Assembly: GCA_965209055.1 (NCBI GenBank)
Contig: OZ242374.1
Coordinates: 5,216,001 to 5,280,000, forward strand
DNA: 64,000 nucleotides
Reading direction: 5' to 3'
Origin: Acidobacteriota bacterium
Lineage (GTDB): Bacteria; Acidobacteriota; UBA6911; RPQK01; JAJDTT01
The notes below the pieces were generated by a model, which worked only from the letters and a program-made list of their open reading frames with translations, ran no database searches and had not been told where the DNA came from. Every line of letters starts with the position of its first letter. Position 1 is the first letter of the stretch. This document shows, piece by piece, positions 18,899-28,855 of the stretch. Made by a program: the position numbers and the translations under genes.

Positions 18899-20116
18899 TT
18901 GAGAATGAAACCCAACAAATCTCGAAGGACTTTTCTCAAAACCGTGGCGGCATCCACATACGTGGCCGGCGTGAGCGGCCTGAGCCTGCAGGCCAACGCG
19001 GCACAGGAAAAGACGATTCAAGGGTTCGACGATACGGAAACGACGCTCCGGAATGATGCGGTGTGGCGGCTCGTGTCCGAACGGAAGATACGCGTCGGCA
19101 TCGCCGGCTATGGGGTCTGCAAGTTCGGGGCGCATTTCGGTTTCCAAGACCATCCCAACGTAGAGGTGGCGGCGGTCACCGACTTGATCCCCGAACGATG
19201 CCAAGGCTTGGCCAAGGCATGCCGCTGTGAAAGGACCTACCCGAGCCTTGAAGAGATGGTGAAAGACGATTCCCTGGAAGCGATTTTCGTCGCCACCGAC
19301 GCGCCCAGCCATGCACAACACTGCATCGATGCTCTTGAGCACGGGAAGCATGTCTGTACCGCGGTACCCGCCGTGTTCGGGTCGCTCGAAGAGGCCGACC
19401 GTGTCTTCGAGGCGGTGAAGAGAACCGGACTCAAGTACATGATGTTTGAGACTTCGGCCTTTCACGGCGAGTGCTATGCCATGCGTGCCCTCTATAATGC
19501 GGGCGAGTTCGGAAGGATGGTCTATTCGGAGGGCGAGTACTATCACTATATGGCCACGCCCATCGACTCCTACAAGGGATGGCGTGTCGGCCTGCCGCCT
19601 CAGTTTTACCCGACTCACTCCAACGCCTACTACACGTGCGTGACCGGAGGGAGCTTTACGGAGGTGTCGTGCATGGGCATTCCCAGTACCATCCCGCACC
19701 TTCAGAAAGAGAACAATGCATTCGGGAACCCCTTCGGCACTGAAATCGCCCTGATGCGCACCAGCGAAGGAGGCATGGCCCGTATGGCCGTAAGTTGGGA
19801 CACCCCAGGCAACGGGGGCGAAATGGGCCGCGTCCGCGGAGAAAAAGGTTCGATGGATGGCTTGGCCATCTCCCCGGAGCGGAAGGTGGCGGGCCTGAAC
19901 CTGGCGAAACCGCCGCTGCCGCCGTCCGTCGACCCCGGTGGCCACGGTGGTTCCCATGGCTATCTTATGAACGAATTCGTCACGGCGATCCTCCAGGACC
20001 GCACCCCGCTGGTGAACGTCGCCTGGGCGCTCAACATGTCGGTGGCGGGGGTGGTCTCCCACCAGTCCGCGCTCAAAGATGGTGAGTTGCTCAAGATCCC
20101 CCAATACACAGTCTGA
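18899..20116 (+). CDS. Tat-exported Gfo/Idh/MocA oxidoreductase
   Basis: SRRTFLK; IRVGIAGYG Rossmann fold; GKHV; GGHGGSH. Confidence 0.9.
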   Translation: MRMKPNKSRRTFLKTVAASTYVAGVSGLSLQANAAQEKTIQGFDDTETTLRNDAVWRLVSERKIRVGIAGYGVCKFGAHFGFQDHPNVEVAAVTDLIPERCQGLAKACRCERTYPSLEEMVKDDSLEAIFVATDAPSHAQHCIDALEHGKHVCTAVPAVFGSLEEADRVFEAVKRTGLKYMMFETSAFHGECYAMRALYNAGEFGRMVYSEGEYYHYMATPIDSYKGWRVGLPPQFYPTHSNAYYTCVTGGSFTEVSCMGIPSTIPHLQKENNAFGNPFGTEIALMRTSEGGMARMAVSWDTPGNGGEMGRVRGEKGSMDGLAISPERKVAGLNLAKPPLPPSVDPGGHGGSHGYLMNEFVTAILQDRTPLVNVAWALNMSVAGVVSHQSALKDGELLKIPQYTV

Positions 20117-20247
20117 GTCCCCTGCTCCAAACCTTCAGCATCACCGACCATTCCACCCGGATTGCTCATGGGACATGTTGATGAGGGCTTCCGCCTGAGC
20201 CGATGGCGAGTCGAGGAGACCATCCGCTCCATCAAAGGGAGTAACTC

Positions 20248-22393
20248 ATGAGCACCGTTGACGTGCTGATCTTCTTCTCCTATTTCGTCGGCGTCGTGAT
20301 ATTCGCCACCACCATTGCCGCCCGCAGTAAGACCAAGTCAGCATCCGACTACTTTCTGGCCTCGAAAAAGCTGCCCTGGTATGTCGTCGGCGCTTCATTT
20401 ATCGCCTCGAACATCTCCACTGAACACTTCATCGGCATGGTGGGCTGGGGGTTTCTGTACGGGATGGCTGTGGCCAATTGGGAGTGGGGTAACGTCGCGA
20501 CGTTTACCCTTTTGATCTGGGTCTTTCTTCCTTTCTATATGCGGGGCAAAGTGGCGACGATGCCCGAGTTCCTGGAGCGTCGTTTCAACAGCTTTTGCCG
20601 TTACATTTATGCCGCGGTCATGATCGTCGGGCTCGTGTTCGCCATGCTGGGTGGGGTTCTTTTCGCAGGGGCCAAAGCGGTCAGCGTCTTCTACCCGGAG
20701 CTGCCCGTACTCTGGGCGATTGTCTTGCTGGCGGTGGTCTCAGGGATATACACGGTCTACGGGGGGCTGCTGGCGGCGGTGTGGGCGGACGTGCTGCAGT
20801 ACACACTGCTGATGACAGCGGGAATTGTGGTAACGGTGTTCGGTCTCTATCACGTGGGCGGGCTGAATGTTCTGTTTTCAGAGTTGCCTGAGAGATTCAT
20901 CGTATTCCATCCACCCTCTCACGAGATGATCCCCTGGACCGGAATCGTCCTGGGCATATTCTCAGTGGGCGTCTGGTACAACTGTGCCAATCAATTCATG
21001 ATCCAGCGTTGTCTGGGGGCCCGCAGCGAGTGGGATGCTCGGATGGGGATCGTGATGGCGGGGTTCAGCAAGGCCGTTCTTCCACTGATCGTCGTAGTTC
21101 CGGGCATCATAGCCTTCTACCTCTTTCAGGATCGGATCAGCGACGGGGACCAGTCGTGGCCCTTTCTCGTCCAACAATTCCTTCCGTCAGGCTTGGTTGG
21201 TCTTGTTCTTGCGGGACTCGCCAGCGCCATCCTTTCCACACTGAGCGCCATTACCAATTCCTCCTCGACGATATTCACGCTGGACCTTTACCGGGCGATT
21301 CTGCGCCCCGCAGCGGATGACCGGGAGCTGCACATGGTGGGACGAATCAGTGCGGCCGCAGCCATGCTGATTGGCGTGTTCGTGGCGACTATTGCCGCCT
21401 CGGCAAAAGGTGTCACGGTTTTTGGATTGATCCAACAAATATTCTTCTATATCGCTCCGCCCATATCGGCGGTCTTTCTGGCGGGTATCCTGTGGCCAGG
21501 AGCCACATCTGCAGCTGCAACGATCACACTGATCGCAGGCTTTACCATCCTTCTGCCCCTGGTGGCCTTTGTGATCTTTCCTGGTTTTGCCTTTCTGCAG
21601 CCCTACGACAATTTCATGCACCACACCTTCACGGTTTTTGTTCTTTCCGTGATTCTGCTCGTAGTCGTCTCTCTATATTACTAAACCGAAGTCGCGGCAG
21701 GAGTTGGAGGGCGTGATCTGGACCAAGAGCGCTTTTGGCATTCTGGCAGATGAAAAAAGCAGATACCGTGGAATCCGCAGTCTGCCGCTGTGGTGGGCGG
21801 TGATGGTTCTGATCATCGTAAGCCTCTACGTTTACACCAACTCCAGGGGAGCGCAGACGCAAGTGATGGAAGCGGAAGAGCTGGAGTACATCATCCCGGA
21901 TTCAGCCACGGCAGGTCTCCAGGCCCGCCAGGAATTGGAGGACTTCAATCTGTGGACAGGCAGCGGTCAAGTACTATTCACACCGGGTAGCCCAGGCGAT
22001 GCAATAACGTTCCGGCTTCCGATTGACCGCGCCGGTCAGTATCGGATCGCTGCCATTGTGACACGAGGTCCTTCTTACGGCCGGTTCCGGGTTACTCTCG
22101 ACGGCAAGGAGGCTCAGATCAGTTACCCGGTCTCCAGGCGAACGCCGCAGGGAGACATCGAGATCTCCTATGCGAAGGACTCAGCTTATGATTCCAGGCG
22201 AGTGGCAGGTGAAGAACCCTCTGCGGCCGACAGGTCGAGCATCGCCGGCGCCCATGTGGTGCAGCGACTGTCGTTGGGTGAGTTCATGTTGGAGGCAGGC
22301 CCTCATCTTGTCGTGTTCGAAGCGATCGATCTGCTGGAAGCAGGTTCGCAGATTGGTGTCGACCAGCTCATAATCACCCCGGAGTGGCATTAG
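20248..22393 (+). pseudogene. Sodium:solute symporter (SSS/SLC5) with C-terminal soluble domain, split by one extra base near 21677
   Basis: ASNISTEHFIG, MPEFLERRF, NQFMIQRCLGA. ORF1 20248-21684 and ORF2 21704-22393 join as VVSL-F-TKPKSRQELEGVIW if one base is removed. Confidence 0.8.
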
Positions 22394-22430
22394 CCAGCAA
22401 CTGGTCCAGCAGGTCTCCGAGGTCAAGTCG

Positions 22431-23936
22431 TCAGGCCATGATCGAATGAATCGGGTCTCCGTAATCGATTTTCAGCCGTTTCCGACCTGGAACCTCCAGC
22501 TTGTGCGGATCAAGACCCAACTGATGTAGTACGGAGGCATGAATGTCGGTCACATAGTGGCGATTTTCTACGGCGTGGAAACCCAACTCGTCAGTGGCGC
22601 CGTGCGTTATGCCGCCCTTGATTCCACCTCCGGCCAACCAGACCGAGAAACCGTAGGGATGGTGGTCCCGCCCCGGTTCTCCTCCTCCTTCCGCAGGCTG
22701 AGACCCGGGTGTTCTTCCAAACTCGGTAGCCCAAACCACCAAGGTCTCTTCCAACATTCCCCGCTGCTTGAGGTCCTTCAGCAGCGCGGCTATAGGCCGG
22801 TCAACCTCGGCGCACCGCTTGCTGTGGCTGCTCTTCAGACTTTTGTGTGAATCCCAGGATCCAGCTCCTCCATTGCTTCCGTGATAGACCTGAACAAACC
22901 GCACTCCTCTTTCCACCAAGCGCCGAGCGGTCAGGCAAATCTCACCGAACGGCTGAGTGTTCTCCTGATCCAGCCCGTAGAGCCTGCGAGTGGCTTTGCT
23001 TTCCTCCTGGAAGCGAAAAACCTCCGGCACGGCGGTTTGCATTCGAAAGGCAAGCTCATACGACCGAATACGCGCTCGCATCGCCCGGTCCTCAGGGTAC
23101 TCCACCCCAGCCAGCCGGTTGAGCTCCGCAAGCAATTGAAACTCAGCTTCCTGCTCCTCCTTGTAGAGTTGGGTCTCGGGAGACGCAAAGGGCAGCGGAT
23201 TCTCCGGATCGACTGCGAGTTGCACCCCGTTGTGTTCCGGCCCCAGATACCCGGCGCCATGGACAGCTATGCCTCCACAACAGGTGTCGATGGGCTCTCC
23301 CAAGGCGACAAACTGAGGCAGGTTTTCGTTCAACGAGCCGAGCCCGTAGTGAACCCAGGAGCCCACGGTCGGCAAGCTCCCCTCGAGGACATGTCGGCCG
23401 GTGTGGAACTGAAGTTGAGCCCCGTGATTGTTGTCGGTTGTCCAAACAGATCGGACGACAGCGATATCATCGATGCACCCGCCAAGATGTGGCCACCAAT
23501 CGCTGACCTCAATCCCACTTTTGCCGCGTTTTCTGTAACCGATTTGCAGCGGAAATATCGTCTGTCGAACCTTGTGTTGACTTGCAGGTGCTCGAACGCC
23601 CTCCTCGACGTAGGGCGAGTCCAGGGTATCCTTGTAGGGCGTCTCAGCGATGCTCTTGCCCGCATATTTGTTGAGAGCGGGTTTCGGATCGAAACTCTCC
23701 ATATGGCTGGTGCCGCCAACCATGAAGAGCCAGATCACGCTTTTCGCCTTGGGAGCAAAATGGGGCGTACCGTCCGGTCGTTGCCAAGGTCCATCGGCTT
23801 CGGCTCGCACGATTCCTTCCCGCTCGAGCATAGCCCCCAGGACGAGACCCGTGAAACCCATGCCACAGTCCGCCAGGAAGTTCCTTCGCCTGATGTTGGA
23901 ACAGCCATCGTAGCTGAGCGGATTTCTTCCTTTCAT
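22431..23936 (-). CDS. DUF1501 domain protein (second copy)
   Basis: RRRNFL Tat motif, IWLFMVGGTSHMESFDPKP, WDSH, TEFGRTP, GRDHHP. Confidence 0.93.
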   Translation of the reverse strand: MKGRNPLSYDGCSNIRRRNFLADCGMGFTGLVLGAMLEREGIVRAEADGPWQRPDGTPHFAPKAKSVIWLFMVGGTSHMESFDPKPALNKYAGKSIAETPYKDTLDSPYVEEGVRAPASQHKVRQTIFPLQIGYRKRGKSGIEVSDWWPHLGGCIDDIAVVRSVWTTDNNHGAQLQFHTGRHVLEGSLPTVGSWVHYGLGSLNENLPQFVALGEPIDTCCGGIAVHGAGYLGPEHNGVQLAVDPENPLPFASPETQLYKEEQEAEFQLLAELNRLAGVEYPEDRAMRARIRSYELAFRMQTAVPEVFRFQEESKATRRLYGLDQENTQPFGEICLTARRLVERGVRFVQVYHGSNGGAGSWDSHKSLKSSHSKRCAEVDRPIAALLKDLKQRGMLEETLVVWATEFGRTPGSQPAEGGGEPGRDHHPYGFSVWLAGGGIKGGITHGATDELGFHAVENRHYVTDIHASVLHQLGLDPHKLEVPGRKRLKIDYGDPIHSIMA

Positions 23937-23949
23937 ATACGTGGGACCC

Positions 23950-26900
23950 TCACCGAATGGTAATGAACTCGTTGTGATTGAATAAAACGTGAATCAGATT
24001 CTCCCGGGCTCTCAAATGAGGCTCTGGCGCCGGAGGAATCGCTTTGGGCTCATCGGCAGCCTCGACCCACAAGGGAGTCAGCTCTTCCGGTCTGCCCAAC
24101 AATTCAGCCTGTCGCTGCAAAAAGTCCTCCGTCTTGGCCAGTTCCAGTGCGGACGGGGGCCGCCCCAAGACTGTTTCGAAGCCAGCCTTGACGAAATGCT
24201 CCGCAGACAATGGATTTCCATCGCCGGCCGAAGAGAGACGACGGGCCAGAAGCCGCGCCTGATCAAAGCTCACCTGGCTGTTGGCCATAGCCAGTGACTG
24301 GTGGGGCGTTATACTTTCCTTACGACGATAGCAATCGCCCGGATCAGCGGCGTCGAACAACTTGAGAAACTCAAGCTGCGCATCCGGTGCATGCTGAAAG
24401 TAGATGCTACGGCGCCGGGAGGTGTTTTTTTCGCCGATAGCAATCTCCGGTCCCCCCATTGTAGTGTCCAGATGGCCGGCGACGAGGAGTATGCTGTCAC
24501 GGACTACCTCAGCTTCCATGCGGCGGGGATTCATGCGCCACAGGTAGCGATTTTCGGAATCAGCAGCGCGACTCAAGTGATTCTCCTCGTCGGTCCATGA
24601 CTGCATGCGGTAAGTGTTGCTGGTGAGGATCAACCGGTGCATGGACTTCATGCTCCAACCGCTTTCCATGAGCTCCACGGCCAGCCAGTCCAGCAACTCA
24701 GGGTGACTCGGCGGCTCACCATTCGCACCGAAGTCGGTGACACTGGGCACCAGTGCGCTACCGAAGTGGCGAAGCCAGATATGGTTGACGGCCACGCGGG
24801 CCGTCAACGGGTTTTCCCGACTTGCAATCCATCTGGCCAGCGCCAACCTCCGACCCGTGCTCGTCTTCGGGTAAACCTCCCCGATCGGGCTGTAATCTGA
24901 TCTGTCCTTCAAGGCATCGAGAGCGGCCTGCAGTTGCTTCCGCACCTCCTGCACTTTTTTCTTTGCATCCTTCCTTGCGTCTTGACTCCCAGACTCCTTG
25001 CTGCTTCTGGCCTCCGCCAATTGTTGGCGAGCTTGCAGCAAGTTCTCTTCCGCCGCGGCCAGATTCGCCTCTTGTTCCGCCTCCATGGCGGCCAGGGCCA
25101 GTGCGTCAGCTCTTTGGTCGGGAGTATTCCTGAACTTTGCCCTGTCGGCCGCAATACGGGCTTCCATGGCCGTCAGGTATGCACGTGCATGGGCCAGCAC
25201 TTTCTCGGCCATTTCCAAAGCAGCTTGCGCTTGGGACACTGTGGGGACGGCCGTGTCATCCTCTCCTTCTTCTGCCGAGGCCTCGCCCGATTCACTCTCA
25301 TCTGCACCAGAAGGAGTCGTGACGGAAGTCCCGCCGTCTTCGAGAAGGCTCATACGGGCCCGTGCGCTTGCGGCGCCCAGCTCCTGGCCGGCCTTCAGAA
25401 GGTTTCTCTCCGCCTTCTCGATCTTTGTTTTCGCTTGAGCAATCAAATCTTTATGCACGTAATCCCGGATATCAGGGTAATAGGCATCCAGCGGCAAGTG
25501 GACCGGCTGAATGTCGAACTTCAAATCCCCGAAAACTTCGGGTATATCGGGTGAAAGGACGTTTGCCTTATCCGGATTTGTCTCATCACCCCGAATCAAA
25601 AGGTAGGTCGGGGCGCCAGGATCAGACTCGAACGCCCGTGGAAGACCGTCCCTTCCAAGGTCCGGCTCACCCGATACCCTGTCGGTCCGCACGCCGTGGG
25701 GCTCGAAAAACGCCCAGAAGCGATAATAATCTTCCTGTGAAATCGGATCGTATTTATGGTCATGGCAGCGAGCGCAATTGAGGGTGACTCCCAAAAAGGC
25801 CGCAGCCGTATGGTCCACGGTGTCCTGAAGCCAGACGTGTCGATTGCGCCTCCAGTTTCGTGCCAGGAATCCCGTGGCACGCACTGTTTCGGAATCCGTG
25901 GGCGCGATTTCATCTCCTGCCAACATCTCGACGATCATCCGATCGTAGCTTTTGTCGTCGTTGAGTGATTCGATGATCCAGTCGCGCCATCGCCAGATGT
26001 GTCTCCTGCTGTATCGGACATCGTTGGTTTTTCGCCAACCGTACCAATCGCTGTAACGCCAGACATCCATCCAATGACGGCCCCAACGTTCTCCGTAACA
26101 AGGACTGGCCAGGAGCCGATCAACAACCTTCTCATAGGCGTCTGCCGATGAATCGGCCAAAAAGGTCTCAACCTCCTCTCGAGTCGGGAGAAGACCAATC
26201 AGGTCCATGTAGATACGCCGCACCAATACGCGTTTGCCTGCGGGGGGCACCGGCTTCAGCCCGAGCTTCTCGTGACCAACCGCTATGAATGCGTCTATGG
26301 GATTGAGAACCCAGTCCTGCCTGTCGACCCGAGGAACCGGCGGCCGGGCCGGAGGCTGAAAGGACCAGTGATCGCTTCGCACCGGCTTTCGTGGGAGAGC
26401 CTCAGCAACCAGCGGTTTATCGTAGAAAACCCCGGAATCAATCCATTTGGCAATATTTGCGACGGCCTCCTTACTGAGCTTCTCACCCCCCAAGGGCATG
26501 TGAGGTTTCTCAGCGTGAGACACCAATTTGTATAGCAGGCTCGCGTTTGAATTCCCGGGAACAACGTCGGGTCCCCGGTCACCTCCCCTCAGCAGGCGGT
26601 CTCGCGTGGAGAGGTCAAGTCCGGAGGATTTTTCCGAACCGCCACCATGGCATCCCAGACAATGGGTCTCGAGGATCGGACGAATTTGAGTGGTAAAGAA
26701 AGTCGCATCATCTTCCGACGAAGCCGTTTGCTCCCTTGCATCCAGAGTTTTGCCCAACAGGATGGCAACGAAACCCAGCAACGTAAGGGATACCACTCCC
26801 TTCCAATGTCCAGACCGGGATCCAACAAAGATGCCGGTTTCAGGATCTTCACGATTAGTGTCCATTGTGATGTTCCGGTTGCCCATGATTCCATCGGCCA

Positions 26901-26961
26901 CAGAAGCAGACTGTCGACGCCGTATTCTCCTCGTAGCCTCGTATCCCTCGCCACCTGTCAC
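23950..26961 (-). CDS. Planctomycete cytochrome c / DUF1549 + DUF1553 protein (second copy, coiled-coil insert); start uncertain
   Basis: CLGCH, CARCH, YGERWGRHWMDVWRYSD, HPELLDWLA. Confidence 0.92.
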   Translation of the reverse strand: MTGGEGYEATRRIRRRQSASVADGIMGNRNITMDTNREDPETGIFVGSRSGHWKGVVSLTLLGFVAILLGKTLDAREQTASSEDDATFFTTQIRPILETHCLGCHGGGSEKSSGLDLSTRDRLLRGGDRGPDVVPGNSNASLLYKLVSHAEKPHMPLGGEKLSKEAVANIAKWIDSGVFYDKPLVAEALPRKPVRSDHWSFQPPARPPVPRVDRQDWVLNPIDAFIAVGHEKLGLKPVPPAGKRVLVRRIYMDLIGLLPTREEVETFLADSSADAYEKVVDRLLASPCYGERWGRHWMDVWRYSDWYGWRKTNDVRYSRRHIWRWRDWIIESLNDDKSYDRMIVEMLAGDEIAPTDSETVRATGFLARNWRRNRHVWLQDTVDHTAAAFLGVTLNCARCHDHKYDPISQEDYYRFWAFFEPHGVRTDRVSGEPDLGRDGLPRAFESDPGAPTYLLIRGDETNPDKANVLSPDIPEVFGDLKFDIQPVHLPLDAYYPDIRDYVHKDLIAQAKTKIEKAERNLLKAGQELGAASARARMSLLEDGGTSVTTPSGADESESGEASAEEGEDDTAVPTVSQAQAALEMAEKVLAHARAYLTAMEARIAADRAKFRNTPDQRADALALAAMEAEQEANLAAAEENLLQARQQLAEARSSKESGSQDARKDAKKKVQEVRKQLQAALDALKDRSDYSPIGEVYPKTSTGRRLALARWIASRENPLTARVAVNHIWLRHFGSALVPSVTDFGANGEPPSHPELLDWLAVELMESGWSMKSMHRLILTSNTYRMQSWTDEENHLSRAADSENRYLWRMNPRRMEAEVVRDSILLVAGHLDTTMGGPEIAIGEKNTSRRRSIYFQHAPDAQLEFLKLFDAADPGDCYRRKESITPHQSLAMANSQVSFDQARLLARRLSSAGDGNPLSAEHFVKAGFETVLGRPPSALELAKTEDFLQRQAELLGRPEELTPLWVEAADEPKAIPPAPEPHLRARENLIHVLFNHNEFITIR

Positions 26962-28808
26962 TGGGCGCCGATTCGAACAAGATTCGTTCCCGAGAAGTCT
27001 TCAGTGACGAACAGGTAGTCTCGCTCCCGGACGGTCTTGGCGGACGCAGTGACCTGCCGACCGTCGATCTGGACGGTCTGCCCTGCCTGTTGCGCAGGGA
27101 TCATCAGACTCAACCCGTGGACCTGCCGGGGGGCGTCAACCAAAAATTCATAGCCGCTTTCATTCTCGCGGAACCCGCGGATTCTGACTTGACTGCGGGC
27201 CCGAACGAAGTCGTGCCACTGGTCGCCACTCACAATGGGAACTCCCAATTCTTTGGCGATCTCGATGCAGCCAAGCGTCCAGGCCTTGTTGGAATTGACG
27301 GAATCGGGGATCGGGAACAGGTAGAACGGCGGGTGAAAGTTAATCGCAACCGCGGTATGAAAGCGAGCGATGCTGTTGTTGAGCAGCTCGCGGAATCTGG
27401 TCAGGGCTTCCTCGGTGCTCCAGTTGGAGGAATAGAACATTTGAGAAATGATGACATCGTCCTCGTACTGCGTAAGCTGCTGATAAATATCGGCAATCTT
27501 GCCGAACCGGTTCACAAAACGCATCGGCAGTCCACTGCCGGTCATGTACCCGTCGTAAACGGGAATGAAATTGACGTAGGTGAAGTCCATTCCGACACCA
27601 ACTTCAGCCAATAGGCGCGCCTGCGTGACCCAACCCATCCAGCGCAAATTGTGCATCCGGGTGGTATGAACGGGAAGTCCGTAGATCTCTCGGAACTCCC
27701 GGACGTCTCTCTGCAATATCGACCGCATTTGCGCCTGGTTCGGAAACAGAACGTCGGAGCCGCCCTCGAAATGAACCCCAAATGAGATCTGATTCGGTTC
27801 CCACGATTGATGGAAGAGGTGGACTGACGGGGCTCCACCTTCACCGAAGGGACGGGTCAAGTAGATGGTCAACGGGACACCGAGTGCCACAATGTCTTTT
27901 CGAACTGCTTCCATGTCACTTGCAGTTCCAAATTCGTGGTCACTCGTCAGGATGAAGACAGCATCGGCGCCGGCCGGAAAGTACCAGAGCCTCGGCAGCG
28001 TTTGCGGCTCCGTCAAACTCCGGAGAATTCCGGTCAAGAAATGCATTTGCTCGTCTGCCTGGGGGATCATCACCTTGGCCGAATCGATCCAATGGTCTTT
28101 ACCGCTCAAAAACATGTCGTTGGGCCGGAGACCCCCGACCGCATCATTTTCCTGGTCGGCCCACGCCGGATTGCCTTGGCGGGTGAGGGCGATGCTCCAG
28201 GGAAGATCGTAGGCGAAGACGACAAACCGTCCTTGGCCGAGATCGCCTTCGAGAATCGCAACATCCTGGGACGGCCGTTCTTCCCCGAACCAAGCCAACG
28301 GGCGGATTCCGGGAGCAGTGTAAAGGCGACTGGAGCCGTGGATCTGAAGGCTCTCGGAAACCAATCCAAGTGCCTCGGACCGGCTTGATTCAAATTGGAT
28401 ATATGCGTGGTCGGCATCCAACTCCGGTCCGGCTTCGAGGCCCAGTCTTTTGCCGAGGTTCGGCTGGGGTAGAAACGAAACGAGGTGGCCTCCGGACTTC
28501 ACGTAGGATTCGATCCGATCCAGTTGGTCGTCCGTGTAGGATCCCGAAGGGAGGATCGCGACACGATATTTTCCAAGATCGCCGGGCGCCAACTCCGCCA
28601 GACGCTTGAGGTCGTGTTCGACGAGACCTTCAGCAAGCAGGATCTCTGCGATATAGGCGCTGAAGTCCCGTACTCCTTCGTTTTGTTGAACGATCAGAAT
28701 TCGCGGCGACTGACTGTGGACGTCAGGACACAAAACCAGGAGCAGTCCCAGAATCAGCAACGTCCTGAACGGGTTGCGAGCGATGAACAGTCTTTTCCGG
28801 CATTGCAT
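26958..28808 (-). CDS. Secreted protein with GATase-like/trimerisation and polysaccharide-deacetylase-like domains
   Basis: Signal peptide after ATG 28808; ILTSDHE, FGVH, RMHNLRW, GSGLP, NFHP pattern. Confidence 0.6.
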   Translation of the reverse strand: MQCRKRLFIARNPFRTLLILGLLLVLCPDVHSQSPRILIVQQNEGVRDFSAYIAEILLAEGLVEHDLKRLAELAPGDLGKYRVAILPSGSYTDDQLDRIESYVKSGGHLVSFLPQPNLGKRLGLEAGPELDADHAYIQFESSRSEALGLVSESLQIHGSSRLYTAPGIRPLAWFGEERPSQDVAILEGDLGQGRFVVFAYDLPWSIALTRQGNPAWADQENDAVGGLRPNDMFLSGKDHWIDSAKVMIPQADEQMHFLTGILRSLTEPQTLPRLWYFPAGADAVFILTSDHEFGTASDMEAVRKDIVALGVPLTIYLTRPFGEGGAPSVHLFHQSWEPNQISFGVHFEGGSDVLFPNQAQMRSILQRDVREFREIYGLPVHTTRMHNLRWMGWVTQARLLAEVGVGMDFTYVNFIPVYDGYMTGSGLPMRFVNRFGKIADIYQQLTQYEDDVIISQMFYSSNWSTEEALTRFRELLNNSIARFHTAVAINFHPPFYLFPIPDSVNSNKAWTLGCIEIAKELGVPIVSGDQWHDFVRARSQVRIRGFRENESGYEFLVDAPRQVHGLSLMIPAQQAGQTVQIDGRQVTASAKTVRERDYLFVTEDFSGTNLVRIGAQ

Positions 28809-28855
28809 AGTGAACCTGCCTTTGTCACTCATATGTCCGCTGAGAATACAGCGAT

